A stretch of 64,000 nucleotides of DNA from Eledone cirrhosa (taxonomy: Eukaryota). Below, piece after piece: positions 12,161 to 22,815 of the stretch (the stretch's first letter is position 1; the number at the start of each line of letters is the position of its first letter). Both the position numbers and the translations under genes were made by a program. The notes under the pieces were generated by a model, which worked only from the letters and a program-made list of their open reading frames with translations, made no database searches and had not been told where the DNA came from. Location of the stretch: assembly GCA_964016885.1 (NCBI GenBank), contig OZ024740.1, forward strand, positions 80,538,001 to 80,602,000, given 5' to 3'.

Positions 12161-12539
12161 CAGGAGTGTGTATTATCTATATATATATATAAGACAACGA
12201 ACGGAAACAAATCAAAACGAAAATCTTGTTTAAGGAGGATCCTTAAACAATTATAAAAAAAATAAATATACAAACGAAGGACACACAACTCGCTGTTCAT
12301 CAGCCATTGAGAGGGACTTAGGCAGTTTCGACCTCTACCAACGTTACTGCTGGTCCATCGATGGTCACAGCGTCTGACATAAGCAAAACGATATCCAAAG
12401 GTGTAAGAGACGAAAGACTGTGTGCGAGTGTGTGTGCACGCGCGCGCCTATATGTTTAGACAGTTACAAGGGTGAGCAATCAGTTAAATCAACGTGTATA
12501 TGGATGAGTATTTAAAAGAGGCCTGTATGTATAAGTTAA

Positions 12540-12770
12540 TTCTGAAGCAGAACCGGCATGACAAAAGATTCGACAAGGGTGGACATTTGAATTACAGGTA
12601 CAGTCCAGCGATGGCTCTTCCACTCAATTCCCGTGTTCTCAAATTTCCCGACCTGTTTGATTCGATTCAAATTGTGGTAAACGTTAGTTGCGCAAGATGC
12701 CATGCAGTACGATCGAACCGAAAACCTTATGATTACTAAGTAAACCTCTTGATCACTCAGCCACGTTGCA
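12540..12770 (-). mobile_element. Degenerate tRNA-headed SINE (second family)
   Basis: Minus strand has A-box-like GTGGCTGAGTGA and B-box-like GGTTCGATCG, followed by CTGCATGGCATCTTGCGCAA. Confidence 0.5.
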
Positions 12771-12794
12771 TCCACTACATACATACACAAGTAT

Positions 12795-12945
<151 letters not shown>

Positions 12946-13383
12946 GTATATATATATATATGCATATATATATATATATTTCGTTTCTGAATTTGTTTAG
13001 CAAGATTCTCTATCTGAAAACGTGTATTGAAACCGATATTGTTATACTTTGGGAGGGTCATGTTGCCAATAAGAAACACACGCACCAGCTGCTTTCACTT
13101 CAATTTATTATAATAAATTTATACATTTAGGAATTTATAAATTTCCGGTTGGTTGGTTGATTCTACAAACAGATGGTTGTTTATATATTGTCAAAGTTCT
13201 TTCGTCACACATTCTGTGACCTCTTCAGTGACTGGGGATTTTTTCTTTGTTTTTGTGCCTCTCCTTTGTTCTGTCTTACGCCACAACAAGATGGCGTAAG
13301 ACAGAACAACGGAGAGGCACACAAACAAAGAAAAGAATCCCCAGTAACTGAAGAGGTCAGAGAATGTATGACGAAAGAACTTA

Positions 13384-13658
13384 ACCTTCTAAGAAGGAAT
13401 ATGACGTCACTTTCAGCTAATATCTGGAGTCTAAAAGACAACCACACCCAATATAAGTTACACTGGGAGATCTTAGCTAGGGCTAGATCGTATAACGGAA
13501 ATAAAAGACCATGTGACCTCTGCGCCGCTGAGGCCCTGGAAATACTCTACGCCACAGACCACATCTTAAAAAAAAAATCTGAGGCAATTTCGGCTTGTAA
13601 ACATAAATTGCACAAAACGTTCCTGTATTACAGCCCCACGTTATACCCTAACGGATAG
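13384..13658 (+). pseudogene. C-terminal GIY-YIG fragment from a different PLE clade
   Basis: TSLSANIWSLK...WEILARA...CDLC..E...SE....CKH, a pattern I recognise from invertebrate PLE endonucleases. Confidence 0.75.
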
Positions 13659-14239
13659 TACGATCTATACGTGGACATTTTACGTCTCGATCTGGGAGCT
13701 AAGTATATGTTTTGTTTATACCTTTACTTATTTGCATAGGTAAGTATATATTATCCGTATGTGTTGTGAAGGTACGTATACCTTCTCGTACGTATATTTG
13801 ATTGTTATGGCGTATAATTTGTTATATATATTCTGGTACATATGATTCGGCTATGTGTATACGGGAGTTTTGCGTCTGTGTGAGTATGCAGGTTCGTACG
13901 TATGTAGGGTGGGTGTATATGTGTACTTCATGTTTTGTTTGACTTACGTCTCTGAACATTCGTGTATTTACATGTAGGTATATGTGTGCGCTTGTTATAT
14001 ACGTATTTATTTATTTATATACGTTTATATAATTATTTATTTATTTGTATACACGCTTACACACACACACACATATTTATATGTGCGTGGTTTTGTTTAC
14101 CTATGGTAAGTTTTTGCGTATGCTTGTGTATGTACGTATTTGTTTGCGTGTATGTATTTATTTATTTCTATTACTTCTGTATTGTATTTATTTACTTTGT
14201 TCTTAACTCTGTAGCGGAGATTCATTCGGTCTCCTAGTT

Positions 14240-14660
14240 AGAATTTAGTCTACGACTTCTGCTATACCATTTACGTGGGTTTTTTTTTGCGTGCTATTGT
14301 TCTCCACGCTCCACATATGACGTATTATCTTCGTTTTTTTCGTTCATTGCCAGAGAACGTCTCTATGCACCACCTAAGAGAACATTAGTCTACGACCTCT
14401 TTTATACCATAAACGTGGATCTGTCTTTGCGCGTAATTGTTTTTCACCGCTCCTATTAATGACGTATTATATTCGTTTTTTCCCGTTCTTAGCCAGCGAA
14501 CGTTTCCACGAACCAAAGTATCGTCTTCCTGTCTTCCTCCGGTTGCAACGTTTTTTGAAATTTCCAGTTCTGCGTTTACAGATTGACTTTGTTAGTTTCA
14601 GAAGATTCCGTTAAGGGTGAACGCAGCGATTCTTTGCTTAAACTTTAATCTGTTATTTTA

Positions 14661-14665
<5 letters not shown>
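14240..14665 (+). mobile_element. Non-coding repeat family E with a 3' hammerhead (14579-14652); other copies at 18770-19076, 26121-27115, 36105-36310, 44878-44965, 55989-56405
   Basis: High mutual identity among copies; most are bounded by (TA)n. Confidence 0.85.
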
Positions 14666-14691
<26 letters not shown>

Positions 14692-14703
14692 GGAACCAGT
14701 AAG

Positions 14704-14797
14704 ACCCCGACAGCTGAGCTCAAGCCGTTTCGACGGCTAATTCTGGACTAAATGAAAATTTGTCCTGGTATTTAAATAGCCGATCTTCTCAAGGGGT
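14704..14797 (-). ncRNA. Extended type I hammerhead, U3-A8 core (family D)
   Basis: ACCCC-UUGAGAA-GA(U)CGGCUA...UAGCCGUC-GAAACGGCU UGAGCUC AGCUGUC^GGGGU. Diverged copies at 41836-41931 and 50892-50985. Confidence 0.8.
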
Positions 14798-15502
14798 AAT
14801 TCCATATATGGTGAAAGTGATTGTCAAAAATCAGTAGTAATTCTGTGGTTGCAAATTAGTAGGGGAGATGGTGGCTAAACCTGCCAGTAGGAGAAAGAGG
14901 GGAGGGGGTGGAGTAGACCCAATCAAGCGTTGGTAGTGCCAGCTACAGCTGGGCATGAGGTCAAAGAAGATACAGGGGAGGGGGAGGGGGAGGAAGTCGG
15001 AACGGTAGGTAGAACAATGGGGGTAGAAATATATAGGAAAGAAAAGAAAAAATACTGAGAGTGAAGAAAAGCAAATAAGTGTAAAGAAAAAAGTAAAGTA
15101 AATTAAATTCTACGACCTAGGTCTCAGGCTATTGTAAGGCTAGAATAAAATAAAGAAAGAAAGAAAGAAGTAAATAAATAAATAAATAAAGAAATAACGA
15201 AATAAGTAAAAGAACTAGGTGGGACGAAATAGGCAAGGACCCTTTTAAGAGGTATAAGTACGTTAATGATACGGTGACGGGTCAACAAAAGGGGCCAAAA
15301 TACTAAAGAGACTACCACGAAATAAACAATAAAGGTTTCCATCCCGGGCCAGCAACGACCCAGTGCAGCAAAGTGAACTTGTACGAGATAATAATTCTGA
15401 GTCCCGAGAAAAATATATACTAATGCTAACTCTAAAAGATCTAAAACAAGCTTCATGTAGCTTGTTTATTGGGTTGCTACCTTCGACTAATGTGGTGGCT
15501 TT

Positions 15503-18500
15503 TAATAATATTCGTTTGGTATAGACGATGGCCTGTCAAAATTGTAGACTTCACGCCGGCACTCCCGGGGCCTAAGGTAGCTACGTTCCTAGAGTACTCG
15601 GAAAAATTAATTTCCATTTCTTTCGCTGGACGAAACCACTCGAAACTGACTCATGGTTGGGAGGTGCTGGCTGGGACTCACAATCGAAATCTTTACTCTA
15701 TATCCAGTCCTGATATCTTATCGTGATTAATTTTTTCATATAAGACTCTCTCTGTAAGTTCATTAAATAAATCTCACTACCTTAACCTTTAATTTTCTAA
15801 TAATTTATTTTTCAATTTATCATTTTGCAATTTAATATTGTTTAATTTAATTTAATTTCATCCTATAACTCGTAACATAAGTTTAACGTTCCAATTTTTC
15901 GGCTCACACATTAGACCATACAGACTGGATTGGCAATATCGGTAGAGGGTCGGACGCCATGCTTTCCAGCATAGTTACGTCCCTTTACGATCTGAGTTCA
16001 AATCCCGCCGAGGTTGACTTTGCCTTTCATCCTTACGGGGTCGATAAAATAAAGTACCAGTAATGCACTGACTGGATAATTGCTGGCCTTGTGCCTAAAG
16101 TAGAAACAATTATATATGCCTTTGTTAAATATAGATTCTTGGAGTAGCATTTTTCGCGGCATTTTCTAGCATGAATGTAGTGTGACCCTTACGCTGACTT
16201 CTTTCTTCCTTTTTTTCTTCTTTCTTCCCCTTTTTCTTTGACGGAGAGGTGGTAGTGCATTATAAGCCTTCGCCCCCTCACCAGATGGTCATTAGTAGAT
16301 TCAGTTGCCATCACTTTGAGGGCGACTGGCCGGGGTGAAGGCAGCTAGTTGGTCAGTCGTCCTCTTTGTCTCTGTCTCTGATTTTTCGGACCCATGGTTT
16401 TTTACATATTCCTTTGTTATATTCCAATACCTGATGATATCACCGGATTCATATGGAACCCGGTCATTGAAATGAGCATACTATAATAAACCTTTCAAGG
16501 AGTTACACGAGTCCAGCCTCCTGTTATTTTATTTATAATTAACTCCGTATTCGCACCACCAACTACACAAACGAAGATGGGTGAACTGCACTACGTTGAG
16601 TACTCTCCACAATATTACACCAGGATTGACCATACGGAATGACCAGTTCTATCCAGTGGTCAACCAACAAACCTAAAGAAATAATGCTACAATAATGTTG
16701 AGCACTTCCAAATGTAATATTGTACAGCGGCACTGACTTCAGTGTACAGCTATTGCCAGCATGGGATTAACTGATCTACTTACCATTCGGATTTTGGGTG
16801 CTCTGTGCTTTATCTACCGCCCACCCGATACTACTTCCTTGTCGGGATAATTTCGATTCCGACAAAACTCTACGTATTATACTAAAACATGTATTGTATT
16901 GACTGAATTTTCTACTCTATACCTCAGGACTTTTTTGTGACTCACACTGAATTCGGAGACCTAAACTTTACACTAGGTACCACCTGTTACCATTCCATCT
17001 CTTCCATCATCTATATCTATATGTACAACCTGTATTATCTTACTACAACTTGATCAATATTGTATTTCCCCTACAGTGTGATTCCTCCGATACGTTCTTA
17101 TATACTTCCGTCTTTCAACATCCCTAGTTATTTAATTTTATTAATTTTTTTTTATTAATTTATTAATGTATTTTTATCAATGTATTCTTTATCTTTGTAT
17201 TTTATCTATTATTTGTATTTTATCTTTGTATCCTGCTTTTATTATATTTTGGTAACTTTCCTTACTCAGGTCATTATGCACCTTTCATAGCCCCCTACAC
17301 ACCAAAGAACCACACTACTTATAACCCGGACTAACTGGGACTTTAAAATAATTATGGTCTATTTGCACTTTTCATTGGGTTGCTACCTTCGACTTATGTG
17401 GTGGCTTTTCCCGGCTGCGCGCTGGGCACTCTAAAGTTCAGCCTTCCTTGAGTGCTCGGAAAAATAAATTTCCACTCTTTCGGTAAACGAAATCACTCGG
17501 AGCGGTTGCTTTGCCCCAGTCCCACCGCGCCGCCTGTTTAGGCCGCCATATTACACTTATACCTACAAACTCCAGGAGGTAGGCATAACTATTAGCTCTA
17601 TCATGCCTCTACTGGCACGTAAATAAACCCCTCATGTGTGAATTAATAATATTCGTTTGGTATAGACGATGGCCTGTCGAAATTGTAGACTTCCCGCTAC
17701 CACTCCCGGGACCTAAGGTAGCTACGTTCCTAGAGTACTCGGAAAAATTAATTTCCATTTCTTTCGCTGGACGATACCACTCGAAACTGGCTGACTCGTG
17801 GTTGGGATGTGCTGGCTGGGACTCACAATCGAAATCTTTACTCTATATCCCGTCCAGGATATCTTATCGAGTTTAATTTTTTCATATAAGTCTCTCTCTG
17901 TAAGTTCATTAAATAAATCTCGCTACCTTAAGCTTTAATTTTCTAATAATTTATTTTTCAATTTATCATTTTGCAATTTAATATTTTTTAATTTAATTTA
18001 ATTTAATCCTATAACTCGTAACATAAGTTTAACGTTCCAATTTTCTGTTCACTCATTAGACCATACAGACACCCATTATATATGCCTTTGTTAAAAATAG
18101 ATTCTTTGGAGTAGCATTTTTCGCGGCATTTTCTAGCATGAATGTAGTGTGACCCTTACGGTGACTTCTTTCTTCCTTTTTTCTTCTTTCTTCCCCTTTT
18201 TCTTTGACGGAGAGGTGGTAGTGCATTATAAGCCTTCGCCCCCTCACCAGATGGTCATTAGTAGATTCAGTTGCCATCACTTTGAGGGCGACTGGTCGAG
18301 GTGAAGGCAGCTAGTTGGTCAGTCGTCCTCTTTGTCTCTGTCTCTGATTTTCCAGACCCATGGTTTTTTACATATTCCTTTGTTATATTCCAATACCTGG
18401 TGATATCACCTGATTCATATGGAACCCGGTCATTGAAATGATCATAGTATAATAAACCGTTCAAGGATTTACACCAGTCCAGCCTCCTGTTATTTTATTT

Positions 18501-18646
18501 ATAATTAACTCCGTATTCGCACCACCAACTACCCAAACGAAGACGGGTGAACTGCACTACGTTGAGTACTCTCCACAATATTACACCAAGATTGACCATA
18601 CGGAATGACCAATTCTATCCAGTGGTGAACCAACAAACCTAAAGAA
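15503..18646 (+). repeat. Direct duplication of ~1.0 kb (15503-16680 and 17644-18646)
   Basis: Near-identical copies; only the first carries a SINE insertion. Confidence 0.95.
15926..16108 (+). mobile_element. tRNA-derived SINE (octopus-type)
   Basis: A-box-like TGGCAATATCGG, B-box GAGTTCAAATCC, conserved core GACTTTGCCTTTCATCC...GGTCGATAAAATAAAGTACCAG. Absent from the paralogous copy at ~18070. Confidence 0.9.
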
Positions 18647-18736
18647 TATATATATATATATATATTTATATATATTTGAAATATATTTATCCTTATCGAG
18701 CCCTCTTTTGATTTTAGTCTTCAAATTTATTATTAT

Positions 18737-18772
<36 letters not shown>

Positions 18773-19204
18773 TTATTAAAATAGCAGAGAAAGTTTAAGT
18801 AAAGAATCGCTGCTTTCACCCTTAACAGGATCTTCTGAAACTAACAAAGTCAATCTGTGAACGCAGAAGTGAATATTTCAAAAAACTTTGCAACCGGAGG
18901 AAGACAGGAAGACGATACTTTGGTTTGTGGAAACTTTCCCTGGCAAAGAACGGGAAAAAACGTATATAAAACGTCATTATTTGGAGCGGTGAAAAACAAT
19001 TACACGCAAAGACAAAACCACGTTTATGGTATAAAAGAAGTCGTTGACTAATATTCTATTAGGTGGTTCATAGGGATATATATATATTTATTAAAATAAC
19101 AGATTAAAGTTTAAGCAAAGAATCGCTGCTTTCACCCTTAACGAGCCCTCTTTGGATTTTAGTCTTCAAATTTATTATTATTACTATATATATATATATA
19201 TAAA

Positions 19205-19720
19205 CATGAGAAGCATTCTTCTTTCTTCTCATGTTTTTTTTATATATATTTACCTCGGCTGCGTTTGTCTGTTTCTCTCTTACTGCTTCCCCGCTCTCTC
19301 TGTTTCTCTCACCTTCTTTCGCCCCCTCTGTCAGTTACACTTTCTCTCGACTGACCTCTTCCTCACACTTCCACTCACTCACTCTCTGTTTCTCCCCTTC
19401 TCACTTCCTCCCGTTTGGCTTGTAGTGCGTCTGTTCTTGCTTACATCTCACACACATCGGACGGTCTATACCACTCTCGCTCATGAAATCAACCCAGCTT
19501 ATCCTGACCGGACAACCATGCTGCTTGTTTATTTTCCTATCTTCGGTTTGCTTTTATCCTTCTATGTTGTTTACTTGCCCCCCTCGCTTTACGCGAATTA
19601 CTGGTCCCAATAACTTTTTTTAGTTATTGCTCGCACCAACCTGAGGTATCTGATTTTTAATGCGATGAAATACCAATGATGGTTGGAAAATCACTGACGA
19701 AGGACTATTTTTATCATATA
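19205..19720 (+). mobile_element. Repeat family F (pLTR-like); copies at 25490-25845(-) and 37020-37610(+)
   Basis: Shared sequence ending in CACTGAYGAAGGACTA; two copies then run into (TA)n. Confidence 0.7.
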
Positions 19721-20902
19721 TATATATAAGGATATGTATATACAAAGAGCATGGGTGAGTCAGTGATAAATAAATACATACATACATACATGCGAATGAC
19801 ATACATTACCTTTACCAGTTGTTTATATATACTCAAATAGATATATGCATATATATATATTTGAGTGAAGGACTCCTAGCCTTTGTCAGGGCATTCTTCT
19901 AGGAGAAGGCAACTCAGGAAACTGGAATAACTCCGATATAAAACCTGCGGCTCAGTAGTAACCGATGATGTTAATATTTTCTTCTTTTCGGGTTATAGCT
20001 ACTGTCGCTCAGAGAGTGGGATTGGCTCAGTGCACAGTATTTCCTCACTTTAACAAATATCTTCACGCACAGGCATTGCACGATAGAATTAATTAATAAT
20101 TATTAATAATGGTACATCGTGCAATGGCCATACTCGATAACGGGGGGGCGCCATCATGATGTATGTATGTATGATTTGGCACTTTCTTAAAAAGTTATAA
20201 GTTCTTACAACTTGAATACTTTCCTCGTAAAAAAACTTTCTAGATTATTTTCACGAATTCTGATACAGAAACGGTAATTTTACAAAATGTTTTATTTCAA
20301 TTGTTTACATTTATACTAGAACCAGCTCTTCCACCCACTTATTATTTTTAATTTTTATCCATTACATTATTCAATTTAATTGTCATCTTCAATTATTTTT
20401 TATTAATTAATTATTCTTATTTTCTTTGTTTATATCTAACACTTCAGATGAACGATCGTATTAAAATGCAATTACCTAGAAGATAGATACATCCTTATAT
20501 ATTGCTATGAAACCCATCTTGTAGATACTGTAATAACATGAAAATGAGATATATCTAAACTTTATTGCACTCTTTCTATAAAAATATAAGACAGTTAAAA
20601 CAAAATGACCTATATTAGCTTAATCTCTTACAAACGATTATATATAAAATAAGTGATACGAAATAACTTCAGGAAACCACTAGAATGTGGATAGAAATAT
20701 AAAGAAATAAAGTTGGTTTTGCGGAAAAGGATAACAAAATAAGTTTTCTTTTATCCAGTATATTTCATCGTAATAGTTCTCGGTAAATACATTGTCTCCA
20801 AATGAAAAACGATATGCTATTGCTAAACACACACAAACACGCATGCATGCACACACACACGCACGAACACACGCACGAACGCCCCCCCCACACACCCCAC
20901 AA

Positions 20903-20957
<55 letters not shown>

Positions 20958-21327
20958 ATAATCAGAGTTTAGATCGATATACGATAATTTCCGTCACGTC
21001 GTTTGCAATTTGGTCAACGAATCAATTCGAAGCAGACACGTTGGATACATTGTGCACGACAACAGTTCCAGGTAGCAACCTTGAAGTGAAACAGGAAAAT
21101 CAATGATACGACAGCTTCGCATATGAAACCATTAAAGTACACACAACTTTCAATCATTTGAAAAAGCAGGTATCTACGTTGTTTAACACAAAAAGCTGCC
21201 AAAATACATATATTCTCCGCGAAGCCTGTAAATTACAGAAAGGAATCCCCAGATATCGATCTTACTTCTAAACGTTCTTTCGTTCTCTCTCTCTCCATCT
21301 CCCCCTCTCTCTCTTTCTGTATGCATG

Positions 21328-21392
<65 letters not shown>

Positions 21393-21571
21393 GTGAGGTT
21401 TTTTTTTACAAAATGAAAAATAACCGAGGTGTCCTACACGAGTGGAAGTATAAAGAAAAAGAGATGAAATCGAAAATGCAACTGAAGTCTTATTCTTTTA
21501 AAAAATAAATATATATATATATTTTAAAAAAAAATAAGACTTCAGTTGCATTTTCGATTTCATCTCTTTTT

Positions 21572-21619
<48 letters not shown>

Positions 21620-21715
21620 GTTTACATATATATATATATATATATACATATACGTGTTTTGCAACGGGTCACTTTGTGGCTCAATGAAAAGTTAATAAAT
21701 TAAATAATCAGAGCT

Positions 21716-22172
21716 ATATATCATAAAACATGTCTATAGAATCACCAGATAAAATATATACCATTTCCTCTCCCAATTAGCACAAATAATCATATAGATT
21801 CATATAGATTCATATAGAATCGAATAGATTCCGAAGATTCCGAAGGTTCCGAAGTTATCGGATATCTTAAAATGCGGAAGAAACCATGGTCGAGGTAAAT
21901 AAATGTATTTTCTTTTCTCCTAGTTTATTTTACACCTAATTCTGTTTAATTGACTGTATATCTGGGCGATTACGCTGTCGAAATATTCGATAAATATTCC
22001 GTCGCAGCCGGCGCGAAGGGCTGGTTTCGGTTATTTGTTGGAGATTTCTTCATAGAAGCCTTATTCTTATAGCCTGGTCTATTCGATTTTTTATATGGTT
22101 AATTATGCTAATTGGGAGAGGAAATGGTATATATTTTATCTGGTGATTCTATAGACATGTTTTATGATATAT
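21716..22172. repeat. Inverted repeat (~67 bp arms) enclosing an HHR-like motif at 21829-21893
   Basis: 21716-21782 mirrors 22106-22172. Inside: CCGAAGA TTCCG...CGGAA GAAAC CATG GTC. Confidence 0.85.
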
Positions 22173-22267
22173 ATATATATATATATATATAATTGGTGTG
22201 GGATGCTTAAAGCGTCCGTATGCGGTAGGCCGTGTGAGCACTCGATGCTTTTACACAGCAGAGTATA

Positions 22268-22594
22268 ATATCACATAAGAAACGGAGAATCAGTGGTGTG
22301 ACGAATACAATTTATTAGACATATTACAATCGTTTCTCTGGCGACCAGCTCGAGGCACGATCGATGCAATGATCGAATCTGACTCTGAAATCTATTTGGA
22401 AACTCTGCTTCCAGAGTTTCCAAATGGAAACTCTGCTTCGAAGAATCGAGACGTATCTGAGGACCTTCCCATTTCAGAGTCAGATTCGATCATTGCATCG
22501 ATGGTGCCTTGAGCTGGTCGTCAGAGAAACGATTGTAATATGTCTGATAAATTTCATTCGTCGCACCACTGATTCTCCGTTTCTTATGTGATAT
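22268..22594. repeat. Fold-back element (family G), ~123 bp arms; related fold-back at 43951-44220 plus a tandem copy to 44400
   Basis: 22268-22390 mirrors 22471-22594. Contains the HHR-like 3' half GAAAC GATT GTA. Confidence 0.85.
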
Positions 22595-22680
22595 ATATAT
22601 ATATATATTCGAGGCAATCCAAACTAAAACGAAAAGAGAACAGACAAAGATGATGTTTCTGAAGCCTTCGCCCCGTCCCT

Positions 22681-22815
<135 letters not shown>

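Noticed and set aside
15926-16000. tRNA gene
   Set aside because: The A/B boxes belong to a SINE head; there is no cloverleaf and the SINE body follows.
19694-19716. CTGACGA/CTGATGA in family F (also at 25550-25565 and 37585-37600)
   Set aside because: No matching GAAA or stem III half in any copy here, so it is recorded only as a half-site.
21790-21855. Short tandem repeats resembling a CRISPR array
   Set aside because: Units are 9-10 bp with no spacers, the context is eukaryotic, and there are no cas genes.
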